NCBI GenBank assembly: GCA_041288095.1
Contig: JBGGMJ010000004.1
Coordinates: forward strand, 1 to 20,592
Reading direction: 5' to 3'
Origin: Myxococcota bacterium
Lineage (GTDB): Bacteria > Myxococcota > XYA12-FULL-58-9 > JALHOP01
Length of the DNA: 20,592 bases
The translations under genes were made by a program, and so were the position numbers. Shown here piece by piece: positions 1 to 8,681 of this stretch (within the stretch, counting starts at the first letter, position 1; the number at the start of each line of letters is the position of its first letter). The notes below the pieces were generated by a model that worked only from the letters and a program-made list of their open reading frames with translations, ran no database searches and had not been told where the DNA came from.

Positions 1-1
1 C

Positions 2-1981
2 GAGCAAGGGCCGCTGCTCGTCCTCGCCGGCGCCGGGAGCGGCAAGACGCGCGTCATCATCCATCGCGTCGCCCGTCTCATCGAGCGTGGCGTGCGGCCG
101 GAGCGCATCCTCGGCGTGACCTTCACGAACAAGGCCGCGAATGAGATGCGCGAGCGCTTGAAGGGCCTCGTCGGTCGCACCGCGCACAGCGTTCACCTCT
201 CGACGTTCCACGCTCTCGGCTTGTCGATTCTGCGCGAGGAATACGAAGCCGCTGGGCTCTCGGCCGGCTTTTCCATCTACGACACCGGCGACCAGATGGG
301 GCTCGTGCGTGAGCTTTTGCGTCAGACACGCGTCGCCGACCGCCGGCTCGACGCCTACAAGATCCTCGAGTGCATCCGCGCGGCCAAGCGCAAGCGCCTC
401 CAAGAGGTGGAGTTCGACACCGGCGACGATTACGAGCTCGCGGCCTACGATTTGTATCCGCGCTACGTCGAGCAGATGCGCGCCTACAACGCCGTCGACT
501 TCGATGACCTGTTGCTACGCGCCATGACCGCGCTGGAGAATCAAAGCGTCCGCGCCCGCTGGTCGCAGCGCTATGACCTCTTGTTGGTCGACGAGTACCA
601 GGACACGAGCCCCGATCAGCTCGAGCTGCTGCAGGTGCTGGCGGCTCGCCACGGCAACGTCTGCGTCGTCGGTGATGATGACCAGGCCATCTACGCCTGG
701 CGCGGCGCCGCGGTGGACAACATCCTCTCATTCGCGAGCAACTTCCCAGGCACCCGCGAGATCATCCTCGACCAGAACTACCGCTCGACGAGCAACATCT
801 TGGCGTCCGCTAACGCGGTCATCAAGAACAACGCCGCGCGCAAGGAGAAGGTCCTGTGGTCGGCGCTGGGTGAGGGCGAGCCCGTCCACATCGTCGCCTG
901 CGGCACCGCCGAGGACGAAGCCGAGATGGTCGTCGAGACCATCGGTAAGCTCGTGTACGACGGCGCCAAGCACGACGACATCGCCATCCTCTACCGCGCC
1001 AACGTCCAGTCACAGCTCTTCGAAGAGACCTTGGCACTCGAGCACATCCCGTTTCGCGTCGTCGGCGGCCAGTCGTTCTTCGACCGCAAGGAAGTGCGCG
1101 ACGCCGTCGCCTTCTTGCAAATCGCGCAGAATCCCTACGACGAGGTGGCACTGCGCCGCATCATCAACGTGCCGCCACGCGGCGTCGGCGCGACCTCCGT
1201 CGAGCGCTTGGTGCAATACGGCGAGCGCACCGGCAAAGGCCTGTGGCACGCCATGAACAACGCGGGGGGAGACATCGATCTGCCGCCCGCGGCCCGCGCC
1301 GGTTTGCAGAGCTTCGTCGACACCTTCGGCCCCATCGCGCGTGAGCTCAAGCAGGCGACGCGCGGCTCGCTCGGCGTCACCGCCCACAAGCTCTTCGACG
1401 CTTTGGGCCTGCGCCAATCAATCGTCGACGCGAACGAGTCGCCGAACGTCACCAGCAAGCGCATCGACAACCTCGAGCACGTCACCCGCGCGCTCGAGCG
1501 CTTCGAAGGCTACACCGAAGCCAACGGCCCCTTGCTCACCGAGTTCCTGCGCGTCAGCGCGCTCACCCGCGGCGACAGCGAGCCCGAAGACGAGGACGAG
1601 AAGAAGGGCAAGGTCACCCTGATGACCCTGCATAGCGCCAAGGGCCTCGAGTTTCCCTACGTCTTTCTCGTGGGCGTCGAGGAAGAGCTGCTGCCGCACA
1701 AGCGGACCATCGAGATGGGCCTCGACTTCGGCGAGGAGCGCCGCCTCTGCTACGTCGGCATGACCCGGGCTCGCAAGCGCCTGTGGATGAGCTACGCCAA
1801 GACACGCATGCGCTATGGCAGACTCGAGCCGCGCACGCCGTCACGTTTCCTCGACGAGCTCCCCGAGCCCCCGGTCATCGAGCGCCGCGACCGCGAGTCG
1901 CCGCCGACCGAGGAAGAGGCGGACGCCAAAGCCGATGAGTTCTTCGCGAAGATGCGCGCTACCTTGGGGATCGAAGAATGA
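2..1981 (+). CDS. rep: SF1A ATP-dependent DNA helicase, UvrD/Rep/PcrA family, Rep-like; 5'-truncated by the window edge
   Basis: The frame is open from base 2 (EQGPLLVLAGAGSGKTRVI, Walker A), so the track start at 92 is internal. Motifs: VTFTNKAA, STFH, LLVDEYQD, VVGDDDQAIYAWRGA, LDQNYRS, ILYR, LMTLHSAKGLEF, EERRLCYVGMTRA, PSRFLDEL. It ends in a short helical tail rather than the PcrA/UvrD C-terminal domain, so the rep symbol is tentative. Confidence 0.93.
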   Translation, partial: EQGPLLVLAGAGSGKTRVIIHRVARLIERGVRPERILGVTFTNKAANEMRERLKGLVGRTAHSVHLSTFHALGLSILREEYEAAGLSAGFSIYDTGDQMGLVRELLRQTRVADRRLDAYKILECIRAAKRKRLQEVEFDTGDDYELAAYDLYPRYVEQMRAYNAVDFDDLLLRAMTALENQSVRARWSQRYDLLLVDEYQDTSPDQLELLQVLAARHGNVCVVGDDDQAIYAWRGAAVDNILSFASNFPGTREIILDQNYRSTSNILASANAVIKNNAARKEKVLWSALGEGEPVHIVACGTAEDEAEMVVETIGKLVYDGAKHDDIAILYRANVQSQLFEETLALEHIPFRVVGGQSFFDRKEVRDAVAFLQIAQNPYDEVALRRIINVPPRGVGATSVERLVQYGERTGKGLWHAMNNAGGDIDLPPAARAGLQSFVDTFGPIARELKQATRGSLGVTAHKLFDALGLRQSIVDANESPNVTSKRIDNLEHVTRALERFEGYTEANGPLLTEFLRVSALTRGDSEPEDEDEKKGKVTLMTLHSAKGLEFPYVFLVGVEEELLPHKRTIEMGLDFGEERRLCYVGMTRARKRLWMSYAKTRMRYGRLEPRTPSRFLDELPEPPVIERRDRESPPTEEEADAKADEFFAKMRATLGIEE

Positions 1982-2238
1982 GCGACGAGACGTGGTCAGG
2001 AGTGCACCAGGAACTTTCTCGTTTGCTCGCGCTGCTCGATACGCCGCGCGATCCCAAGCGCGTCTATGCCTTCGCTGACGGGTTTGCGCGCCTCGTGAAG
2101 GCGTATCATGTCGCCTTGAAGGCTGAAGGGAAGACCAGCGTGCGCATCCAAGCCGTTGAAAAGGCGTTGGATTTGGCGACGGCCAAGAGCTTGCTCCAGC
2201 GTTTCGTGGCGGGCGATACCGAACCACCAGGCAACTAG
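1978..2238 (+). CDS. Small hypothetical protein (86 aa), probably all-helical
   Basis: The ATG overlaps the helicase stop (ATGA). Composition is protein-like and the ORF fills the gap before the next gene. No family recognised. Confidence 0.65.
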   Translation: MSDETWSGVHQELSRLLALLDTPRDPKRVYAFADGFARLVKAYHVALKAEGKTSVRIQAVEKALDLATAKSLLQRFVAGDTEPPGN

Positions 2239-2241
2239 CGG

Positions 2242-2268
2242 GCAACTTTTTGTCCGCACCGCCGATAC
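2242..2268 (+). promoter_or_regulatory. Putative alternative-sigma promoter (sigma28/FliA-like or ECF-like), site 1
   Basis: GCAACTTT-N11-GCCGATAC, compared with the FliA consensus TAAAGTTT-N11-GCCGATAA. It lies 27 nt before the TTG at 2296. The same geometry recurs at 4997-5023 and 15715-15741. Confidence 0.55.
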
Positions 2269-2295
2269 TCCGATCACGATCATGCGGGGTGTCGC

Positions 2296-2763
2296 TTGTC
2301 CATTTCGCAAAGACTCATCGATCGAGCCTACAAACAGCGCGTCATCAGCGAAGCCGAAACGCGGCCGCTCAGGTACCAAGAGCTGTCGCGGCGCGAGCTC
2401 AAGCGCGTCGACGCGACGCTGCGCGACTTGAAGACGCTGATCACGATGACCGATCCCGGTCGAGCCGCGGCACGCGTGATTCTCGCGCGCGGCAGTGTCG
2501 GCAACCACGGCCCCGAACGCCTCGCGGTGCAGGTCGACCGCGACAAGGTCTACGTGGTGACACGCCGCTACTTCGGACGTGGGGGCGAGCAAGTGATGAT
2601 GCTCGACCGCCAAGCGGTGCAGGCCGAGGCTCGCTCCAAATACGCGACGGCGCTGGCGTTGCGTAACGCGCTCGCCGATCAAATCAACGAGCAAGACTGG
2701 ATGATCACCACCTTGCGCGGGCTGGCGAACACCTTCTCTGGTCTGCTCACGCGCACGACGTGA
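2296..2763 (+). CDS. Hypothetical protein (155 aa)
   Basis: TTG start after a GGGG purine tract. G/C-ending codons are favoured. The stop overlaps the next GTG start (GTGA). No family recognised. Confidence 0.7.
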   Translation: MSISQRLIDRAYKQRVISEAETRPLRYQELSRRELKRVDATLRDLKTLITMTDPGRAAARVILARGSVGNHGPERLAVQVDRDKVYVVTRRYFGRGGEQVMMLDRQAVQAEARSKYATALALRNALADQINEQDWMITTLRGLANTFSGLLTRTT

Positions 2764-4049
2764 TCGTTCGCGGCAGAGCGGAGCCTCGCGAGGCTGGCCG
2801 TGCACCGGCCACGAAGCCCGCCTCCTCCGCCACGCTGATCGTCGACATCGCGGGGCGCACGGCCCGACCGCCCGATGTCCGCTTTACAGGACCAACCGCG
2901 GGACTCACTTTCTCGGACAGCGTCAATCCCGACACCTTCCCCGACCTCGTGGGTGGGCCAGCGTTCCTGCGCATCGCGCGCCACGACGGACGAAGCGAAA
3001 TCGTCGCGGCCGAGATCAAGTCGATCGACGGTCGTTCCATCACCCTGGGAAAGTTCGAAGTCGACGCGGCCCATCGCTTGCGAGGCTCAGGTGACGACTT
3101 CTGGGTGCATGTCCCGAAGGAACCGGGAGCAGAGCCCGTCATCACCCTCGGGCCCGACGACGCCATCACCACGGCGGTGCCTCTCCCCTTGCACGTCGGC
3201 ACGACGCCCCGCTCGTCTGGTCAGCGCGTCGACATTCGTTCGCACGCCCAGGCCGTCCTCGACGGCACCGCCCAACCCAAACACGACCTCGAAGACGTGA
3301 AGATGACGGCGTCCGCCGCGGCGGACGTGAAGGCGGAGCAAAACGCCATCGTCTTGGCGTTATCGCGTCCGCTCACCGAGATGTTCGCCGCGTCGGCGCG
3401 GATCCAGGGCATCACCGACGACGTCGCCGAATCGAGCCGGCCTTTCGCGGCTCTCGAGCAGAGCATGCTGGAGCTGTCGACGCACACGACGAATCGCTTC
3501 GTGCGCGGCCTCGTGCGCGACGATGGTCCTCTCGGCAAGGCCTGGGCGCGCCTCGGCGCCGTACATGCGTTCGCGCAAGCGCACCTACCCGCTGCGTTGC
3601 CGAGCAACAACCCGACGCGGCTGCTCGACCAGGGGATGTGGACCGCCATCGAGATCGTCGGCCGGCTCGCGGAGGTGGCCGACGCCTTCGCCGCACGTAC
3701 GGGTCAAAAGGGGTCGGACATCCTCCGTGCCTCGCTGCCCCTCGTGGTGAAGATGGCGGCGACCCATCAGAAGGTCTTGCACTCGATCCTCGCCGGCGTC
3801 GAAGAAGGCGCGACCGACGAAGGGCGCTGGTCACCCGAGCACTTCCGGCTCGTCGACGGCCGTCTCGAGCTGACACCCGAGCTCATCGCGCATGTCGCGG
3901 AGACGCGAGGCGCTCGCTTCGACGCGCTGCCGTCGCGGACCACGGGCTGTCCGGCGGCGCAGTCTCTGAACGGCGCGAGCGCGGTGAAGCTGTTCGTCGA
4001 GCTCTACGCCGAGCTGGTCGCGAAGCTAGAGGCGCGCGGCGCCGTCTGA
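2760..4049 (+). CDS. Hypothetical protein (429 aa); beta-rich N-terminal part and helical C-terminal part with a TTGCPA motif
   Basis: Long ORF with GC3 bias and a GTGA-coupled start. It overlaps the 3' end of the convergent gene by 24 nt. Confidence 0.8.
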   Translation: MIVRGRAEPREAGRAPATKPASSATLIVDIAGRTARPPDVRFTGPTAGLTFSDSVNPDTFPDLVGGPAFLRIARHDGRSEIVAAEIKSIDGRSITLGKFEVDAAHRLRGSGDDFWVHVPKEPGAEPVITLGPDDAITTAVPLPLHVGTTPRSSGQRVDIRSHAQAVLDGTAQPKHDLEDVKMTASAAADVKAEQNAIVLALSRPLTEMFAASARIQGITDDVAESSRPFAALEQSMLELSTHTTNRFVRGLVRDDGPLGKAWARLGAVHAFAQAHLPAALPSNNPTRLLDQGMWTAIEIVGRLAEVADAFAARTGQKGSDILRASLPLVVKMAATHQKVLHSILAGVEEGATDEGRWSPEHFRLVDGRLELTPELIAHVAETRGARFDALPSRTTGCPAAQSLNGASAVKLFVELYAELVAKLEARGAV

Positions 4050-4961
4050 GGTGATCTTGGGACGCGGCACCAGGCCTTCGAGGAGAGTCTGGCACGCATC
4101 GAACGCCATGGAGACGCGCGGCTTCTCACCATCGAACAGGAGATCGCGTACTTCCTGGAGCAACAACGCCTGCTCGTCGTCGGTCAGCGCCGTACAAGCG
4201 GCCGCGATACGCTTCGCGGCGCCGGCATCGACCTCTTTGATGGTCGCGCCGCTTGCGTCGCAGATGGTCTTCGCGACCGCGGTGATGCGTTTGCTCGAGC
4301 CGGTGAGAACGGCCGGCAATCCCGCGGCTTCGGCGGCGATGCCACGCAGCACGTCACGGACGTTCTTGCCGATGACACGGCGCTCATCGAGCTCCTTGAG
4401 CCAGTGCTCCGCCAGGGAGCCGATCAAAGCGCGCTCGACCGGCTGCGCGGCATCGAAGCGTTCCTTCACGAACGCGACGCGCTCGGCGTCGAGTGGTCGC
4501 TGGCCGCGGGCTTCGCGCATTTGTGTTTCCGCCGCTTCGCGCCTTCTCCGGTAGTCGCCACTGTCCACCGAGAAAGCACCCCAGAGGGCCGTGCCCAAGA
4601 GGACGGCGCCGCCGGCGAGCACCGCGGGCACGAACGAAAAGGAGACGCTGGTCGCGAGAGCGTCGACCACCGCGGTACCCAAGAGCGTCACCCCCGCGGA
4701 CCCCGCGGTGCTCGGACCGACGAGCCGCCAGAAATATTGCCAGTCCGACGGTCCCACGATGGGCGATCCGCCGAAGGCACCCACGTCGCTGGACACCTGA
4801 GCGAACCTGCCCGACATGGCCCGGTACGTGTCCAACGGCGAGCCGATGGTGGCCAGGGCCGTCTCCGCACGCAGCGCCGGCAAGTTGCGTGTCCCGACTG
4901 GCGCCAGCTCCAGGGTGCCAACGAGATGGGAGACTGGAGCTTTTTCGGCGACCTGCGGCAT
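4026..4961 (-). CDS. Hypothetical membrane-associated protein (311 aa) with a Gly/Ala-rich hydrophobic hairpin
   Basis: The track ORF 4026..5213 overlaps dinB and its first 84 aa look non-coding, so the likely start is the ATG at 4961 (MPQVAEKAPV). Hydrophobic stretch AGVTLLGTAVVDALATSVSFSFVPAVLAGGAVLLGTALWGAFSV is followed by a charged helix (DYRRRREAAE). Confidence 0.75.
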   Translation of the reverse strand: MPQVAEKAPVSHLVGTLELAPVGTRNLPALRAETALATIGSPLDTYRAMSGRFAQVSSDVGAFGGSPIVGPSDWQYFWRLVGPSTAGSAGVTLLGTAVVDALATSVSFSFVPAVLAGGAVLLGTALWGAFSVDSGDYRRRREAAETQMREARGQRPLDAERVAFVKERFDAAQPVERALIGSLAEHWLKELDERRVIGKNVRDVLRGIAAEAAGLPAVLTGSSKRITAVAKTICDASGATIKEVDAGAAKRIAAACTALTDDEQALLLQEVRDLLFDGEKPRVSMAFDACQTLLEGLVPRPKITSDGAARL

Positions 4962-4996
4962 CGCTGCACGACCTGACCAGCTGGGGTTGGCTCGCG

Positions 4997-5023
4997 TTAT
5001 CGCTCTGCCTGCCGCGCGGTTGT
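4997..5023 (-). promoter_or_regulatory. Putative alternative-sigma promoter, site 2
   Basis: The minus strand reads ACAAC-N14-AGCGATAA, 35 nt before the ATG at 4961. Same spacing as sites 1 and 3. Confidence 0.5.
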
Positions 5024-5052
5024 TCGCGGCCAGGTGCAAGCTTGGCACCGCC

Positions 5053-6222
5053 TTACTCGTCGATGTCGCTCGCCCGTTTGAGCGCGCCCGGGCCGAACTT
5101 CTCCCAAACTGCGTCGAGCGTCTTGTCGAGATTGCCGCGCTTCTTGCGCTCGGCGCCGCCGAACAGCTCCGCTTGCTCGGGTGCCGCGCTGCCCACGAAG
5201 TCGTAGGTGGCAAGGCCCACCAAGCGCACGGGGATCTCGAGGTCGAACGCCAGCAAGAGCTTCTTTGCCGCCTCGAAGAGCGCGTCGGCGGAGTCCGTCG
5301 GCCGTTCGAGGCGCGCCTGGCGCGTGTTGATGTGGAAGTCGAAGGTCTTGAGCTTCACACGGATACCGCGCGCCTTGATTCCGCTCTTGCGGAGTCGGTG
5401 CGCGATGCGGTCGGCGGAGTGCAACAGATGAGGCGTGATGGCCTTGGCCCCCGTGATGTCGCGCTCGAGGGTGTGCTCGGCGCCGACGCTTTTGTTGTCG
5501 CGGTCGGGGACGACGTCGCGCGGGTCGTAACCCGCGGCGAGCTCGGCGATGTGGTCGCCCAGAGCACCAAAGGCGCGCGTCAGCACCTCGCGATCGGTGC
5601 GCGCCACGTCGCCGATGGTCATGAGGCCGCGTGCCTGCAGCTCCTCGGCGGCCTTTGGGCCCACACCCCAGAGGCGCTTCACCGGCAGGGGATGCAAGAA
5701 GCTCAAGACCTCCTCGGGCGGCACGACGAGCAAACCATCGGGCTTGCCGAAGTCGCTCGCGACCTTGGCGACGTATTTGCTGGGCGCGACGCCGACCGAG
5801 ACGCGCAGCCGTGTCTTCGCGAAGACCTTGTCTTTCAGGGCACGGGCCATCCGCTCGGGCGGACCGAAGAGCCGCTCCGCCCCCGTCATGTCGATGAACG
5901 CCTCGTCGAGGCTCAGGGCTTCGACGGCGGGCGAAAAATCCGCGAAGACGGCCATGATCTCCTCGGAGACCGCGGAGTAGTGCGCATGGCGCGGCTCGAT
6001 GATGATGGCCTGTGGGCAGAGCCGGCGCGCCTTGGCCATGGGCATGGCGCTGCCGACACCGAAAGGTCGTGCTTCGTAGCTCGCGGTGGTGACGACACTG
6101 CGCCCCGAGGCGCCGCCGACCAGGATGGGCTTGCCACGCAGCTCGGGGCGATCACGCTGCTCGATGGCGGCGTAAAACGCGTCCATGTCCGCGTGCAGGA
6201 TGATGCGCGGCCACGTGGTCAT
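5053..6222 (-). CDS. dinB: DNA polymerase IV (Y-family, DinB)
   Basis: ILHADMDAFYAAIEQRDRPELRGKP, TASYEARPFGV, SLDEAFID, SVGVAPSKYVAKVASDFGKPDG, LWGVGPK, little-finger domain, and a clamp-binding-like QAELF motif. Confidence 0.97.
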   Translation of the reverse strand: MTTWPRIILHADMDAFYAAIEQRDRPELRGKPILVGGASGRSVVTTASYEARPFGVGSAMPMAKARRLCPQAIIIEPRHAHYSAVSEEIMAVFADFSPAVEALSLDEAFIDMTGAERLFGPPERMARALKDKVFAKTRLRVSVGVAPSKYVAKVASDFGKPDGLLVVPPEEVLSFLHPLPVKRLWGVGPKAAEELQARGLMTIGDVARTDREVLTRAFGALGDHIAELAAGYDPRDVVPDRDNKSVGAEHTLERDITGAKAITPHLLHSADRIAHRLRKSGIKARGIRVKLKTFDFHINTRQARLERPTDSADALFEAAKKLLLAFDLEIPVRLVGLATYDFVGSAAPEQAELFGGAERKKRGNLDKTLDAVWEKFGPGALKRASDIDE

Positions 6223-8681
6223 GACGACTTGAGGCGCTTCTTGAAGGCTTCGGCCTGGGCGGTGCGCGGATTGTCCGGCCAGTGATGCCTCGGATAGCGA
6301 CGCGACAGTTGCGGCTTGAGCTCGGGGTAGTGCGTGTCCCAGAAGCTCGCGAGGTCACTGGTCACCTGCAGTGGACGTTTGTTGGGCCCGAGCAAGTGCA
6401 TGGTGAGAGCGACACGCCCGTCGAGGATTCGCGGGCCGCGCTCGGTGCCGAAGAAGTCCTGCAGAAAGGACTCGACCCAGGGGGGTTTGCCCGCCTCGTA
6501 ATGGATGCGCAGCGACTTGCCGTTCGAGAGCTTCCAAGTTGCGGGCACTTTGCTGTCGAGCGAGGTCGCGGCGAGCTGCGCTTGCACCTGGCCGAGCAAA
6601 GCGGCATCCCGCACCTGCGCGAACGAGGTGGCGGAGGCGTTCGCGAGCGCCTGCGTCAGGAGCTCGTCGACGCTCGGCAGGTCGAGACCGTTGGCGCGCG
6701 CCAGCGTGACACGGCCTTTGAGTTGCTCGAGCATCTCGACGTCGAGCACGTCGCCAAGGCCCTTGCGTTTGAGCTGCTCCATGAGGACGGCGGCCGCTTC
6801 AGCGGACGGCTCCGCGGGCTTTTTGTCTTCGTCGATGGTGAGGGCGCCGTAGCTCATACGCGAGACGCGGTCGACGCGCTGCCGTTCGGCGTTCCACACC
6901 AGCTCGTCGGTCTCGATGATGCGGTCGGCGAAGAGCTCGATGAGCCAATCGCTCTCGATGGCGCAGGCGCTGCGCACGAGCGGAGCTTGGCCGCGTTGCT
7001 CGGCGTCGAGGGCGATGAGCCAGGGCTCTCCGACGACGCTGTTGCGCGACAGGAGCGCCGAGCCCGAGCCATAGGTCGCAAGCGGCGCATCGGCATCGCG
7101 CGGCCGCGACAGCACCTTGGCGACGCGGTCGGGAAAGCCCGCGAGCAAGGCCATGCGCAGGGCGACATCGTCGTCGCGGCGGTCGTTGCCGGCGATGCGG
7201 CGCAACTGATCTCGAGCCCGCAGGACCTGACGTACGGGTCCCAGGCGCAACCCGAGGCGATCGGCGGAGCCGACATCGAAGCGCGCGCGCTCGAGCTCGA
7301 GCACCGCGTCCGCGATGGCGATGACGTCGGCGGAAGCAGCCATGTTGGCGCGTCGCTGGGCGGTGACGTCGCGCTCGGCGAGCAAGGCGACGATGAGCGC
7401 TGCGTCACCCGCGACCCCGCGCCGGCGCGCTTCGACCATCACCCGCCCGAGACGCGGGTGCGCGGGATAGCGCAACATGTCACGACCGATGGCGGTGAGC
7501 GTGCCCTTGCCGTCGAGAGCGCCGAGCATGACGAGCAGCTCCGACGCCACTTCGAGGGCGTGCGATCTCGGCGGCTCGAACCAGGGCAAGCTCGCCGGGT
7601 CATAGCCGGCGCTGCGGATGGTGAGCACGGCGTCGCAGAGATCGAGACGCTGGATCTCGGGTGTGTCGAAGTCAGCGACGAGCTCCCCCGCGGCGAACAT
7701 GCGGATGCAATGACCAGCACGCGTACGGCCGGCGCGACCAGCACGTTGATCGGCGCTAGCGCGGCTGATGCGCTGCAGCTTCAACGTCGGCATGCCGGTC
7801 CACGGGTCGTGCGCCGCGACGCGCGCAAGGCCGGTGTCGACCACCACGCCGATGCCATCGATGGTCACCGAGGTCTCGGCGACGTTGGTGGCGAGCACCA
7901 CCTTGCGACGCTCACCCGGATTGACGGCGCGGTCCTGCTCCTCCGGCGACAGCTCGCCGTGCAACGGCAGCACCAGCGCATTGATGCCGCCCAGGGCCCC
8001 CATGCAGCGCATGATCTCGCCGACGCCGGGCAAGAACACGAGGACGTCGCCCTCGTAGGTATTGAGCGCGCGCTTCACCTGAGCGGCTACTGACTGCTCG
8101 AGCGGACGCTGACCGGGACTCCCCACGTATTCACTGGTGACCGGAAAGCGCCGGCCTTCGGAGCGCAAGCGTTCCGCATCGAGCCAATCGGCGATGGGCT
8201 CGGCATCGAGCGTCGCCGACATCACGATGACGCCGAGATCGGAGCGCTCGCCGTCCTTGAGCTGGGCGCAGAGGGTGAGCGCGAGCTCGGCATCGAGGTG
8301 CCGCTCGTGGAACTCGTCGAAGACGACGCAGGCCACACCGTGCAGCTTCGGTGAGCGGATCAGCTCGCGCACCAGGAGGCCTTCGGTGACGAAGCGAACT
8401 TGGGTCTTCGCCGAGACCGCTTCCTCGAAGCGCACCTGGTAGCCGACACGCTCGCCGACCTTTTCGCCGAGCTGCCGCGACACGAAGCGCGCCGCCATGC
8501 GGCAAGCGAGCCTGCGGGGCTGCACGACGATGATTTCCCCGCGATCGGCGATGCCCGCATCGAGCAGATACCGCGGCACCTGCGTGGTCTTGCCGGCGCC
8601 GGGCGGAGCCTCGAGCACGAGGCGGCCGCCGGCGGTCATGACGCGTACGATGTCGTCCTTGAGCGCCTCGATCGGGAGCAT
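6219..8681 (-). CDS. hrpB: ATP-dependent RNA helicase HrpB (DEAH/RHA family)
   Basis: APPGAGKTT, QPRRLA, VGYQVRFE, DEFHER, MSATL, LVFLPG, ATNVAETSVTIDG, QRAGRAGR, and HrpB C-terminal signature LQVTSDLASFWDTHYPELKPQLSRRYPRHHWPDNP. Confidence 0.97.
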   Translation of the reverse strand: MLPIEALKDDIVRVMTAGGRLVLEAPPGAGKTTQVPRYLLDAGIADRGEIIVVQPRRLACRMAARFVSRQLGEKVGERVGYQVRFEEAVSAKTQVRFVTEGLLVRELIRSPKLHGVACVVFDEFHERHLDAELALTLCAQLKDGERSDLGVIVMSATLDAEPIADWLDAERLRSEGRRFPVTSEYVGSPGQRPLEQSVAAQVKRALNTYEGDVLVFLPGVGEIMRCMGALGGINALVLPLHGELSPEEQDRAVNPGERRKVVLATNVAETSVTIDGIGVVVDTGLARVAAHDPWTGMPTLKLQRISRASADQRAGRAGRTRAGHCIRMFAAGELVADFDTPEIQRLDLCDAVLTIRSAGYDPASLPWFEPPRSHALEVASELLVMLGALDGKGTLTAIGRDMLRYPAHPRLGRVMVEARRRGVAGDAALIVALLAERDVTAQRRANMAASADVIAIADAVLELERARFDVGSADRLGLRLGPVRQVLRARDQLRRIAGNDRRDDDVALRMALLAGFPDRVAKVLSRPRDADAPLATYGSGSALLSRNSVVGEPWLIALDAEQRGQAPLVRSACAIESDWLIELFADRIIETDELVWNAERQRVDRVSRMSYGALTIDEDKKPAEPSAEAAAVLMEQLKRKGLGDVLDVEMLEQLKGRVTLARANGLDLPSVDELLTQALANASATSFAQVRDAALLGQVQAQLAATSLDSKVPATWKLSNGKSLRIHYEAGKPPWVESFLQDFFGTERGPRILDGRVALTMHLLGPNKRPLQVTSDLASFWDTHYPELKPQLSRRYPRHHWPDNPRTAQAEAFKKRLKSS

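Noticed and set aside
1-4961. Helicase plus unknown ORFs considered as an anti-phage defence system (Gabija-like or similar)
   Set aside because: The helicase is a full housekeeping-type Rep/UvrD with an intact 2B region. I recognised no nuclease, ATPase/TOPRIM, SIR2 or TIR motifs in the neighbours.
4962-5213. N-terminal 84 aa of track ORF 4026..5213
   Set aside because: Overlaps the dinB 3' end and the intergenic motif. The ATG at 4961 is more plausible.
4816-8093. Long plus-strand ORFs 4816..6285 (489 aa) and 6282..8093 (603 aa)
   Set aside because: Antisense shadows of dinB and hrpB. Stop-poor reverse frames are expected with high GC3, and their apparent coupling mirrors the real junction.
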